From positions 189,472,001 through 189,536,000 of the forward strand of contig OZ024741.1 of NCBI GenBank assembly GCA_964016885.1: a stretch of 64,000 bases of DNA, read 5' to 3'. Source of the stretch: Eledone cirrhosa. Lineage: Eukaryota. Each line of letters starts with the position of its first letter. Positions within the stretch are counted from its first letter, which is position 1. Both the position numbers and the translations under genes were made by a program. The notes below the pieces were generated by a model. It had not been told where the DNA came from and did no database searches. It worked only from the letters and a program-made list of their open reading frames with translations. Positions 27,016-39,871 of this stretch are shown here, piece by piece.

Positions 27016-29978
27016 CACATGTCTGCAGTAGCACCGCAAAGAGTTGCCGAAGAGTTCACGCTGAGCGTATTGTAGCTGCCTCCGCCAATGTTGCATCCCA
27101 CTGAACGCCATCTTCCAGTCGACCCCGTTTAAGGCAGGCTGCGCGGAATGAAGTACAAAGCTCTCCGTCGATTGTTTTCATATCGTCGAAAGATGTCGGT
27201 CCTACCACGTCAAGCAGTAGAAGGCGGAGATAAAAGCATTCCTGTTGGTTAGGATGAATGGTGTACACTCTCCCAAGAGTAGGGGACATTTTAATGTCTG
27301 GATGTCCCTCGACGGGTTGTCCTTTCACCCTTCTTAACCAAATTCTGTTGTCTGTGTTCCATGTGTAGTATGATGGCACCTGAGAGTAGAAGAGGGTCTT
27401 GGCGAAGGGATCGTTTCGGCATAACTTAAAAAATGCCCTAAGTGTGGTGTCCTTGAGTTCCTCTGCTATCTCAGCAGCGGTGGAGGCGGTGAAGTAGACT
27501 CTTTGGTCGTTTTCAAGGTGCACCGCCAACTGTTTGATTGGGGGGTAGTTATGGTGTATTGCAAAGTAGAAGAATCGCCAGAACGCTTCATTGCTGCTGA
27601 TGTATCGGCCGACCTGGTATCGAATTACTTCGTCTCGGTTGTTCTCCATTGTAAGACCAAAGGACGCAGCATCGGACCCCTTATTGATATACTTGCAGAC
27701 GTACTTTATCGATTTGACGGAGTGGCAGTATTCAACGTTAATGTGGGCGTTAAACAATTTAAGCAGAAGTGGGCAGTAGGGTACAATCCACCGGTTGTCG
27801 ACGTTGTGATGTGGTATTTTCGCAACAATTCCTCCGTCCGCTGGCTCCCTGCGGCAGTATAATGGATAACCGTCGCCACCTGTCCAAGTTTCTCGGAGGA
27901 ATGGCCTAGGATACCTCTTCATGCACCTTCTTTCTTTAATGCATGGCGAATTCATATTGAAACCGTTTCCGCATGGCCCATGAACCATGTGAGCAGTGAC
28001 GATGTTGTGGAGTTCTCTGTCCAATTTTGGGTCGGGTATTTCTGCTGAAATGATGCTGTCAACGCTGCTTCCGTTGATTTTCGTTATCAGCCAAATGAGT
28101 AGGTGAGCGTGTGGCAGACCTCTCTTTTGCCACTCAACGGTGTATACGTAACACCTAACATCTCCAAAGGCCTTACCTGATTTTAGGAGTTCAATAAGTT
28201 TTGTCAACTTCAAGTGAAAGACTCGTGCCGTAAGATCGTGTCTGTCTGACGCCCTTTGTCCGGGGAATAATTCCGCTGTAATTTCATTCCACTTAAGGTT
28301 GCATGTTGAAGCGATGAAGAGATCCGGTCTGCCGTAGAGACGCACGTACGTCATAACATCCTCTGTGCGTTCACTCATGTATCGGGGACTCCCAATGAAG
28401 GTCGACGGAAGGATACAATGTTTTCCTAGGTTCTCGGGATTGACGTCATTCCTTACTCCATCCCGTAAGTGAATGTAGCTGTCCGAACGCAGGCGTGCTT
28501 GATTGTTCCTTATGTAGCACAGCCTTTCAGATTCCATCTTTGCGCACGTGTCTACAGCAAGCTGGTTGAAGAGTACTCTTGCACGGTGGAGTTGGTTAAA
28601 GCAGCATTCGCGGACCATGAATCGGTAGGTGTAGAATTGCATGGAGGAAACAGTTTTGTTGCTGTTGCACAAAGGAATTCCAAAGTGGTATCCGTCGTCA
28701 CCTAATGGGAAAAGTAGGGGATATTGGAATGCGTCGTAGGACCTATGCGTCTCGCTGATCCGTTGGAGACTATTGTCCCTACACTGAAGTATGATGTCCC
28801 GCTTGTTGTACTGTTCTCCCTCCATGAAGAAGCACAGCTATTTCATTGCACGTGGGAGTGTTAAAACGTCCGGCGTGGGTGCCTGGTGGTTTCCTGTCAG
28901 CGTCGATTATAACAGCAAAATTTGGCAACGGAGCAGCCTCCAATGCGCATTTAAAACTGCGAATGTAGTTGTTTTCGTGCAGCATTCTCTCGAGTTACAA
29001 CAGAATTTTCATGTCTGTGCCAGGCGAAATTGAAGCGCGTCGTTCCGCTTGGTCCAAATAGTCAGTGACAAAGTATAGCTGTAGGAACTGGGGCTGTCCG
29101 TCTGTCGTGGGCAGTAGCGAACCGATTCTGTGGTCAATTTGTCCTTGAACTTTAAAGGTAGGCATGAAGCCGTCCTCGCGTATGATGTTAGCTCCGAAAG
29201 GGGTCATTTGGAATGCAGCGTTGTATCTCCTGGAATATCGAAGGAAGTGTTCCGACTCCGCTGTGGCACCGGTCAGTAGAGACTTCAAAGGTTGTGGTAG
29301 TTCCTGTAGAAGAGGCAGTTTCACTTTGCCGTCAGAGCAGCACATCCCTGAAGTTTCCCCAGGCCATTTTTTTGCCCGACAATATTGGCAAATGACAGAC
29401 ATGGATCCAATCTGAACGTCTGGCATCAGTGCATAGTTTACTGTTGGGTCATAGTGGAAAGCCTTATGAGACCACTGAGTGCAACTGATCCTCTGTGTGC
29501 CTCGTTAAGCACTCATGCGGAGTGCGTTGGTGTTTAGCCTTTGTAATTGAATTTGCGCAGTCTCTGATGCGCGAACGGAAGCTGTTGAAGCGGCGTCCGT
29601 ACGTTGACGTCTGGAACGCTGCCCTTCGGCAGCACGTGATGCAGCAGTTGAGGCAGCATCTCTTCGTCGTCATCTGTAACGGTATTCTTCGTCCTCACCG
29701 TCACGTGCCACAGCGGTGGAGGCAGCATTTTTGCTTCATCATCGAGAATGTTGTTCATCAGTTTGCGCTGCACGTGCAACTGCAGTTACAAATGCATTTC
29801 CGGAAAGGCGGATGCTCCTCTTTTTTTCTGTCTCGGTTGCCCGGGTAATTGCATTTCGAGGTGAATTTTGTGACAACCGAGTCAATTTTTCTACGGACAA
29901 CTCTGTAGCTCTTCTTCGTTTGGCAGCAGAAGAAGCTTTAGTTTGGCGACTAAGTCGTGGTCTTTTTGGGGGTGGCAC
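27016..29978 (-). pseudogene. Helitron RepHel N-terminal part (Zn-finger and HUH Rep domain)
   Basis: CQYCRAKKWPGETSGMCC, RPDLF, VEWQKRGLPHAH and KYVCKYINKG, spread over ORFs 29739-29978, 28995-29426, 28779-28985 and 27056-28825. Confidence 0.92.
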
Positions 29979-30150
29979 GTTTGTTGTTTTATAAATTCAT
30001 CTGTTGCTTTTGAATATTTGTTATTTGATGTAAAATGTAACGTTTAGTGTTATCGGTTTTTTAAATTTTGATATTTGATGTATGACAAACGAAGAGGGTG
30101 AATGATCTATTATAGAGAGAAAAGATTTGTCGTTGTTCTAAACTGTAATG

Positions 30151-30455
30151 GAGACGGAGGCAGTAACCTTTTAAAGAGAGTTGCAGAGGAGATTGAGGGT
30201 AGTGAGAGGACTGAAGCGTGTAAGAGAGAGGGTTATCAAAGTTTGTGTCGCGTTCCTTCAGAGACGGAGGCAGTAACCTTTTAAAGAGAGTTGCAGAGGA
30301 GATTGAGGGTAGTGAGAGGAATGAAGCGTGTAAGAGAGAGGGTTATCAAAGTTTGTGTCGCGTTCCTTCAGAGACGGAGGCAGTAACCTTTTAAAGAGAG
30401 TTGCGGAGGAGATTGAGGGTAGTGAGAGGAATGAAGCGTGTAAGAGAGAGGGTTA
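30151..30455. repeat. ~110-bp tandem repeat (~2.7 copies) in the Helitron 5' region
   Basis: GAGACGGAGGCAGTAACCTTTTAAAGAGAG recurs at 30151, 30261 and 30371. Confidence 0.9.
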
Positions 30456-30831
30456 CAGCATGTATTTAGTTTTATCGATTTTTTTTCATAGAAACAGGAA
30501 AGTTTTGGCAAAAGTAATTACGCGTTGACCTGCCCTGGTAAATTTGGAGCACATTGGGAAAAAAATCATAAAAATCGGTAGAGAATGTGGAAATGCATAA
30601 AAACCATACACACACACACAGACAGACATCTACCGTTTTATATATATAGAGAGATGTGTACATGCGTATAATTACATTTATGTATCAGCTGTGCTAGGGG
30701 GAGGAATAAAATTCTAATTTTATTTATATATATATATGTATGTGTTCCGAAGAGATTGTTTTGGTAAAAACAGGAACAAGCTGGAGAAAGCTCTCAACAT
30801 TCATAGTTTTTAGTTATGATGGAGATTCAGT

Positions 30832-31066
30832 ATAATATCATTAATAAAGATGCTGATATTACATAAATAGTTTATTCATTATAATTATTTCAATGGTTCT
30901 CCCATGCTATCAAGATATAATTCATGCATTTGTTGTTATGAGAATGGTATCCTCAGATGAAATTTGATTTTGTGATATGCCGCCGGCAGGAAAGAACACA
31001 CGTCCTTTTGCTCGTGCGTCCAGCAGACATATGAGTTCCTGAAAGGGTCTCCCAGCAGTCGTGTTT
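30832..31066 (-). mobile_element. Penelope-like element 3' end with hammerhead (30875-30961)
   Basis: Minus-strand translation SKRTCVLSCRRHITKSNFI* resembles the PLE C-terminal NKRSE..SKCRH motif. It is followed by TTCAT-CTGAGGA...GAAA-TAATTA-TA-ATGAA. Confidence 0.65.
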
Positions 31067-31129
31067 ACTGGAGTAAAGTGCTATCCACCTGTCAATTAGC
31101 AAACTCAGGATTCACGCATACCCCATGGA

Positions 31130-33960
31130 ATTGGGGGCCGTAAATCAGCAGAAAGGTAACCCCTTAAGTATGTTGAGTTGATCTGTATCAAACGATAGTC
31201 TATGGGGTTGTAAATCAGCAGAAAGGTAACCCCTCAAGTATGTTGTGTTGATCTGTATCAAACGATAGACTATGGGGTCGTAAATCAGCAGAAAAGTAAC
31301 CCCTCAAGTATGTTGAGTTCATCTGTATCAAACAATAGTCTATGGGGTTGTAAATCAGCAGAAAGGTAACCCCTCAAGTATATTGTGTTGATCTGTATCA
31401 AATGATAGTCTATGGGGTTGTAAATCAGCAGAAAGGTAACCCCTCAAGTATGTTGTGTTGATCTGTATCAAACGATAGTCTATGGGGTCGTAAATCAGCA
31501 GAAAGGTAACCCCTCAAGTATGTTGTGTTGATCTGTATCAAATGATACTCTATGGGGTTGTAAATCAGCAGAAAGGTAACCCCTCAAGTATGTTGTGTTG
31601 ATCTGTATCAAACAATAGTCTATGGGGTTGTAAATTAGCAGAAAGTAACTCCTCAAGTATATTGTGTTGATCTGTATCAAACGATAGTCTATGGGGTTGT
31701 AAATCAGCAGAAAGGTAACCCCTCAAGTATGTTGTGTTGATCTGTATCAAACAATAGTCTATGGGGTTGTAAATCAGCAGAAAGGTAACCACTCAAGTAT
31801 ATTGCGTTGATCTGTATCAAATGATAGTCTATGGGGTTGTAAATCAGCAGAAAGGAAACCACTCAAGTATATTGCGTTGATCTGTATCAAATGATAGTCT
31901 ATGGGGTTGTAAATCAGCAGAAAGGTAACCCCTCAAGTATGTTGTGTTGATCTGTATCAAACAATAGTCTATGGGGTTGTAAATCAGCAGAAAGGTAACC
32001 CCTCAAGTATGTTGTGTTGATCTGTATCAAACGATAGTCTATGGGGTTGTAAATCAGCAGAAAGGTAACACCTCAAGTATATTGTGTTGATCTGTATCAA
32101 ACGATAGTCTATGGGGTTGTAAATCAGCTGAAAGGTAACCCCTCAAGTATATTGTGTTGATCTGTATCAAACGATAGTCTATGGGGTTGTAAATCAGCAG
32201 AAAGGTAACCCCTCAAGTATGTTGTGTTGATCTGTATCAAATGATAGTCTATGGGGTTGTAAATCAGCAGAAAGGTAACCCCTCAAGTATGTTGTGTTGA
32301 TCTGTATCAAACAATAGTCTATGGGGTTATAAATCAGCAGAAAGGTAACCCCTCAAGTATGTTGTGTTGATCTGTATCAAACGATAGTCTATGGGGTTGT
32401 AAATCAGCAGAAAGGTAACTCCTCATGTATATTGTGTTGATCTGTATCAAACGATAGTCTATGGGGTTGTAAATCAGCTGAAAGGTAACCCCTCAAGTAT
32501 ATTGTGTTGATCTGCATCAAATGATAGTCTATGGGGTTGTAAATCAGCAGAAAGGTAACCCCTCAAGTATGTTGTGTTGATCTGTATCAAACGATAGTCT
32601 ATGGGGTTGTAAATCAGCAGAAAGGTAACCCCTCAAGTATATTGTGTTGATCTGTATCAAACGATAGTATATGGGGTTGTAAATCAGCTGAAAGGTAACC
32701 CCTCAAGTATATTGTGTTGATCTGTATCAAACGATAGTCTATGGGGTTGTAAATCAGCAGAAAGGTAACCCCTCAAGTATGTTGTGTTGATCTGTATCAA
32801 ATGATAGTCTATGGGGTTGTAAATCAGCAGAAAGGTAACCCCTCAAGTATGTTGTGTTGATCTGTATCAAACAATAGTCTATGGGGTTGTAAATCAGCAG
32901 AAAGGTAACCCCTCAAGTATGTTGTGTTGATCTGTATCAAACGATAGTCTATGGGGTTGTAAATCAGCAGAAAGGTAACCCCTCAAGTATATTGTGTTGA
33001 TCTGTATCAAACGATAGTCTATGGGGTTGTAAATCAGCTGAAAGGTAACCCCTCAAGTATATTGTGTTGATCTGCATCAAATGATAGTCTATGGGGTTGT
33101 AAATCAGCAGAAAGGTAACCCCTCAAGTATGTGTTGATCTGTATCAAACGATAGTCTATGGGGTTGTAAATCACCAGAAAGGTAACCCCTCAAGTATATT
33201 GTGTTGATCTGCATCAAATGATAGTCTATGGGGTTGTAAATCAGCAGAAAGGTAACCCCTCAAGTATGTTGTGTTGATCTGTATCAAACGATAGTCTATG
33301 GGGTCGTAAATCAGCAGACAGGTAACCCCTCAAGTATGTTGTGTTGATCTGTATCAAATGATAGTCTATGGGGTTGTAAATCAGCAGAAAGGTAACCCCT
33401 CAAGTATATTGTGTTGATCTGCATCAAATGATAGTCTATGGGGTTGTAAATCAGCAGAAAGGTAACCCCTCAAGTATATTGTGTTGATCTGTATCAAACG
33501 ATAGTCTATGGGGTTGTAAATCAGCAGAAAGGTAACCCCTCAAGTATATTGTGTTGATCTGTATCAAACGATAGTCTATGGGGTTGTAAATCAGCAGAAA
33601 GGTAACCCCTCAAGTATGTTGTGTTGATCTGTATCAAACAATAGTGTATGGGGTTGTAAATCAGCAGAAAGGTAACCCCTCAAGTATGTTGTGTTGATCT
33701 GTATCAAACAATAGTGTATGGGGTTGTAAATCAGCAGAAAGGTAAACCCTCAAGTATGTTGTGTTGATCTGTATCAAACGATAGTCTATGGGGTTGTAAA
33801 TCAGCAGAAAGGTAACCCCTCAAGTATATTGTGTTGATCTGTATCAAACGATAGTATATGGGGTTGTAAATTAGCAGAAAGGTAACCCCTCAAGTATGTT
33901 GTGTTGATCTGTATCAAATGATAGTCTATGGGGTTGTAAATCAGCAGAAAAGTAACCCCT
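31130..33960. repeat. 70-bp satellite array, left arm (~40 copies)
   Basis: Unit TAAATCAGCAGAAAGGTAACCCCTCAAGTATGTTGTGTTGATCTGTATCAAACGATAGTCTATGGGGTTG, recurring at 31141, 31211, 31281 and onward. Confidence 0.97.
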
Positions 33961-34224
33961 TGTAGTGGCTGAGATGGTCGCTTGGCAACTAGCAGTTGCC
34001 TCCCCTTAACAACCCTTCAGGGAGCGGGGGCAAAAATACACCCGGACACAGACACAGGTTCACTCACTCTTTTTGGACCACGGACATGAACAGACGTGGA
34101 AAGATCCGCTCCTCAAAATATTGACGTTGTAGGAAATTTACTAAATTATTGCATTAAATAAAATGATTGTTAGACTTGATTGTGCATTTATTTATTCGAC
34201 AAAGAGAAACATCCCTTTTCTTTA
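33961..34224 (+). repeat. 5' LTR (TG...TA)
   Basis: Direct repeat of 39608-39871 with 3 mismatches seen by eye; followed by TTGGCGACCC. Confidence 0.95.
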
Positions 34225-34660
34225 TTGGCGACCCTGACCATAAAGAATGAAAACGCAGCCTATTTGAGTCCGAAATTCTTTTTAACGGCAATGTGGAATG
34301 GCTTAACATTTGGAATGTCCGAATCACTTAGCGTAAGTCCATAAAATTCATTATATTCCATTTGTTATAGCACGCATACAGACAAACACAAAAATACAAC
34401 ACACAAAAAAAAAAAATAAAGGATTTCTCTGGATATAGAACTTTGCTTCCAACATTCTGTGGAAATTACAAATGGAGATATTTCGTTTTCCCGCGTTCAG
34501 CTTGTCTTCTCCAATCCCAGCCATCTGATTGGCTGCATCGTGCCACATGACGGCTTCATCACGGACACATTTTTAAATCAGCCATCTTGGATTTTCTTAC
34601 CATTAATTTTCATAGAAAATGATTTTTTTTATTATTAAAATTTTCTTTAGAATATTTTTT

Positions 34661-35645
34661 TTTAAAGAAAAAAAATTAGCAGTATTTCAAAACGGCTACC
34701 ACCAATTACCAGCAATCAGCAGCAACACCTGGCTAACTATTGACCAACACCAAAAAGTCATCAAATACGTGGCACCATGAGTCAACATCATTGCCGTCCT
34801 TCGCAGGCGACATCAAGTTGTGGTTTGCGCAGCTGGAATGTTTCTTCGAATTGACGAAGACAAAGGAACAGCATAAGCTGAAGGTCCTGATCAATGGCCT
34901 ACCTGTTTCCTTGGCATTCTCGGTGAAGGACGTTGTGACGGATTTAGACGCCGACGTTACCTACGGCTCATTAAAAAAAGAAATCCTTCGCAGAAATACC
35001 AAGTCGGTAGAGAGCCGTTTTCGGGAGTTGTTGGACGATGCTCAAATGGGTGACAGGAAGCCGAGCTCCTATTTGCGACATTTGCGGGAGTTGAACGACT
35101 CCCAGGGGATTGACACCCCCTTCATAAAGCAACTTTTTTTGCGCACTTAGTGGTAGACGTGAGAAAAAAAGTTGCTTTATGAAGGGGGTGTCAATCCCCT
35201 GGGAGTCGCTCAACTCCTGCAAATGTCGCAAATAGGAGCTCGGCTTCCTGTCACCCATTTGAGCATCGTCCAACAACTCCCGAAAACGGCTCTCTACCGA
35301 CTTGGTATTTCTGCGAAGGATTTCTTTTTTTAATGAGCCGTAGGTAACGTCGGCGTCTAAATCCGTCACAACGTCCTTCACCGAGAATGCCAAGGAAACA
35401 GGTAGGCCATTGATCAGGACCTTCAGCTTATGCTGTAACTTTGTCTTCGTCAATTCGAAGAAACATTCCAGCTGCGCAAACCACAACTTGATGTCGCCTG
35501 CGAAGGACGGCAAATGATGTTGACTCATGGTGCCACGTATTTGATGACTTTTTGGTGTTGGTCAATAGTTAGCCAGGTGTTGCTGCTGATTGCTGGTAAT
35601 TGGTGGTAGCCGTTTTGAAATACTGCTAATTTTTTTTCTTTAAAA
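34661..35645. repeat. ~480-bp inverted duplication of the leader and gag N-terminus, with ~25-bp spacer
   Basis: ORFs 34740+ and 34971- encode the same peptide (LPSFAGDIKLWFAQLE...FIKQLF). The arms are 34661-35140 and ~35163-35645. Confidence 0.95.
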
Positions 35646-36001
35646 ATAGTTTAGAGAAGGATTCATTAGAGCAACTTGCCGCGTCCGCGGATAAGATACT
35701 TGAGGTGGACTCGAACAGCAATCAGCATAATTCTTATGTGGCTTCATCTTGCGTCCCTCCAAGCAGTTCTTCTGTGGCCGACGGCAAACGGTTAGAGTTG
35801 ATTGAAGCTCTCACCAAAATGGTAGAAGATTTGACGGTACATCACAGAGAGCCTTCTCAACGTTTGAGGTATCGTTCGCCGCCGTTCTCTATTCATCGCC
35901 AGCACTACAACGCAGGCAACAATAATTCTTCGTTGTGTTGGTATCATGCTAACTTCGGCAGTAGGGCACAACGTTGTCGCACGCCCTGTGATTACAAGTG
36001 A
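34777..36001 (+). pseudogene. gag: Gag, disrupted by the inverted duplication and a 1-bp deletion
   Basis: WFAQLE and KPSSYLRHL in the N-terminal part. The C-terminal part resumes at ~35646 (SLEQLAASADKILE) and ends in CWYHANFGSRAQRCRTPC (Cx2Hx9Cx3C). Confidence 0.85.
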
Positions 36002-36003
36002 TC

Positions 36004-39000
36004 GGGAAACGCAAAGCAGAGCCACTAGGAGCGGCTAGTGAACTCTGGGAAAACCGACCGAACCGCCATCTTTTCGTATACGACCTGCGGTCAAAAAAAT
36101 TTTTCCTTGTCGATACTGGCGCGTCGCTGAGTATTTGGCCAGTCAGTTATCTCAAAAAAAGCCCAGCCGAAGCAGATATAAATCTACGAGCAGTCAACCA
36201 CACGGCCATTCGAACGTATGGGCAAATTTCGCTTCCTCTTCGGTTAAAAAATTTGCGGCGTGATTTGAAGTGGAAGTTTACTATCGCCGACTTGCCATAC
36301 GCCATTTTGGGAGCGGATTTTCTCCACCATTTTTTCCTTGTTGTTGGACATTCGCAGACAACGCCTTGTTGATGCTGAAACAGGCCTTTCTTTCGAGGGT
36401 TCAGAGCCAGACGTCGCCACTGTCAGCTCTTCCTTTTTCTTGGCTGAAGTGGGCAACCAGTATCAAAGCCTGTTACATTCATTCCCTCAGTTGACGCAGG
36501 GAAAGTTACGAATTAATAGCCCTGATCATGCGATTGAACACTTCATATCTACTACAGGTCCACCTGTTTTCTCACGTCCTCGAAGATTGTCTACAGAGAA
36601 GTTGAAAGCTGCACGTCTTGAATTCGACCACATGCTGGAATTGGGAATAATTCGGCGCTCCACAAGTCCTTGGGCATCGCCTCTACATATGGTACCTAGA
36701 TCTTCTGGGGATTGGAGATCGACGGGTTACTACCGACGCTTAAACGCGATTACTGTGCCTGACCGTTATCCAATCCCGCATTTGCAGGATTTTGCATCGT
36801 CATTGCAGGGTTGCAGAATCTTTTCTAAGCTTGATTTGATCCGCGCTTATAATCAAATTCCCGTTAACAAGGAGGATATCCCAAAGACTGCTATTGCCAC
36901 TCCTTTCGGATCATTCGAGTTCCTCACTATGCCTTTCGGCCTTAGAAATGCTGCAAGTACCTTCCAACGATTTATGGATGATATTACTCAGGGCCTGGAT
37001 TTTGTGTACACGTATATCGATGACGTGTTGATTGCTAGTTCTTCTCCTCAGCAGCATTCAAAGCATCTAGATCTCGTATTTCGTCGTTTACAGAGATATA
37101 ATGTTCGAAATAATGCTTCCAAGTGTGTTTTCGGCTCGACTTCACTAACATTTTTAGGCCATCTGATTGACGCCGATGGTATTCGACCTCTTCCTGAGAA
37201 GGTTAAGGCAGTATCGGATTTGCCTCCGCCAAGTTCACTGCGTCAATTGCGTCAATTCCTGGGCCTTGTAAATTTTTATAGGCGATTCGTACCTGGTTGT
37301 TCCAAATTGCTGTTCTCGTTGACAGAGATTTTTAAGGGTTGCCGGCGTAAGAATATGGACATTTCCTTAAATAAAACGCAACTTGATGATTTTAAAAAAG
37401 TGAAAAAGGCGTTAGCGAACGCGTCTTTGCTCGCTCACCCAGTACCCAACGCCGAGCTATCGCTCTGTGTTGATGCTTCGGATAGTGCCGTGGGCGCAGT
37501 CTTACAGCAGAAGTGTGATGGGGTACAGCAACCACTCGAGTTCTTTTCGAGGAAGTTAAAGCCTGCCGAAACTCGCTATAGCACCTTTGGAAGGGAGCTA
37601 TTAGCAATTTATTTATCAGTGAAACATTTTGCTCATGTACTTGAAGGTAGAACATTCACCATTTTCACTGATCATAAACCCTTGACGTTTGCTCTTCGAA
37701 CTAAGGCAGACAAATACTCGACCAGAGAAACGAGACATCTGGACTTCATCTCACAGTTCACGGACGACATTCAACATATTCCGGGTTCTTTGAATACAGC
37801 GGCCGATGCGCTGTCTCGCCTGCCGATCGCATCGATTTCGTCTTCCGAGGAGATAGATTTACATCGAATGGCAGCTGCCCAACCCACTCTCGAATCGTTG
37901 GATGTTACATTGCCAGAGTTTGTACATTGCAAACTGAAATACATTCCGATCTCAACTGCTGACGGACAGATACTGTGTGATGTTTCGTTGGACTCACCAC
38001 GACCTCTAGTCCCAGTGGAACATCGACGAACTGCGTTTCTCGCTTTACATGGCATTTCTCACCCAGGAGTATCAGCCTCAGTAAAACTCATAACAGCCAG
38101 ATTTTTCTGGCCTGGTATGAGACGTGACATTGCTGCTTGGTGTCGTTCCTGTGTCGCTTGCCAACAAGCGAAAGTTCATAGACATGTTAAGGCTCCTCTC
38201 GGAACCTTCACCTGCCCCGATGCAAGATTTCGTCACATTCATGTGGACATCGTCGGCCCGTGGCCGGTTAGTCGTGGTTTTTCGTATCTTTTGACGATTG
38301 TTGACCGTTTTTCGCGTTGGCCTGAAGCCGTCCCTATAACAGATATCACCGCCGAAACCACAGCCGGTACTCTCGTATCTTCGTGGATCGCTCGTTTCGG
38401 TGTACCAACCACCATAACAACGGATCGTGGTCGTCAATTTGAGTCTAACCTCTTCCGAGAGCTAACCCAAATCCTGGGGGCTACTCGAATAAGAACCACG
38501 GCTTACCACCCAGCCTCAAACGGAATGGTGGAAAGATTCCACAGGCAGCTCAAAGTCTCCTTAAGGGCTTCCATGGACTCTTCACGTTGGAGCGAGTACC
38601 TACCCATTGTATTGTTGGGTATTCGGTCGACGGTAAAGGTGGACCTTGGGTTCTCCTCTGCCGAATTAGTTTATGGTACGCCTCTGGCGTTACCGGGGCA
38701 AATGCTGGCCCCTTTTGACCTGACTTCGCAGGACCCCGCTTCCTACGTGTCCCGGCTTCACTCTTATTTCAAGGATCTACCACCGATGGGCACTAGGAAG
38801 CAGACTGTAAAAACTGCCGTCCCAAGGGATATTGCCTTGTGGAGCCATGTGTTCGTTAGAGACGACGCCGTGAGACCCCCTCTTCAACGGCCGTACTCTG
38901 GACCCTATCGTGTGCTTGCTCGCACAGACAAACATTTCACAGTGGACATTCGGGGTTCCAGGGAAACGGTTTCCGTTGATCGTCTCAAACGAGCAAACCT

Positions 39001-39088
39001 GGACAATGACATAATGACACTTGAAACTCAAATGCCCCCCTCTTTTTCTTTGCCACACAGGCCTATTTCTTCCCCCCTCCCACCATAA
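36004..39088 (+). CDS. pol: Pol polyprotein (protease, RT, RNase H, integrase), with one frameshift near 36338
   Basis: [39 protein letters not shown]...[30 protein letters not shown] and the GPY motif. Confidence 0.92.
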
Positions 39089-39607
39089 ACACACAGAACT
39101 ACGACCCGTTCTGGGCGAAGGGTGCATTGGCCCCGTAAGCTATGCTATAAACTAAATTGTATTTTTTATTTTTTTATTTCCTTCCAATTGTTTTTGTTGT
39201 ACATTGCATTTTGTTACTTTTGGTTTCTTGACTGCCTACAGCAGTGTCAATATATTATATTTTGCGTAACATTACGACTGTTGTCAATTCTGACACAGTC
39301 CCTTTTTTTTTAGTGCATTTTTATAACTATGCTACATATGGCATTTTCATTGCCTAGCAAAACATTTTTTTTCTTGTTTATCGCATCTGGGGCCCCTTTA
39401 TTGCGAAGAGTGTTATCTTTTCATGCATTTTGCATCTTTTACTGTACGTTTTTTTTTGTTGTTTTTTTCTCTGTGTTAATGCTTGCAGACATGAACCTAT
39501 TTATTAACTTTTTTTTTTTAATTTGTTGATACATTCTTCTACATTTTGTAAACTACCTTCGCTTCATTGTTAACGATTGTTCGACAAAAAATCTGCTCCG
39601 AGGTGAA

Positions 39608-39871
39608 TGTAGTGGCTGAAATGGTCGCTTGGCAACTAGCAGTTGCCTCCCCTTAACAACCCTTCAGGGAGCGGGGGCAAAAATACACCCGGACACAGCC
39701 ACAGGTTCACTCACTCTTTTTGGACCACGGACATGAACAGACGTGGAAAGATCCGCTCCTCAAAATATTAACGTTGTAGGAAATTTACTAAATTATTGCA
39801 TTAAATAAAATGATTGTTAGACTTGATTGTGCATTTATTTATTCGACAAAGAGAAACATCCCTTTTCTTTA
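39608..39871 (+). repeat. 3' LTR
   Basis: Matches 33961-34224; followed by TSD CCCT and resumption of the satellite in phase. Confidence 0.95.

Larger units (their letters stand above)
22129..30654 (-). mobile_element. Full-length Helitron, inactivated by a hAT insertion and frameshifts
   Basis: 5' end A|TCTCTCTATATATATAAAA at 30654. The 3' end has the subterminal hairpin-like CGAGCAATGCCGGG, then CTAG|T at 22129. Rep and helicase motifs lie inside. Confidence 0.92.
33961..39871 (+). mobile_element. Gypsy (Ty3) LTR retrotransposon, CsRn1/Kabuki-like clade, recent insertion into the satellite
   Basis: Two 264-bp LTRs, 4-bp TSD CCCT, PBS TGGCGACCC, CHCC gag motif, and PR-RT-RH-IN domain order. 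Confidence 0.96.
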
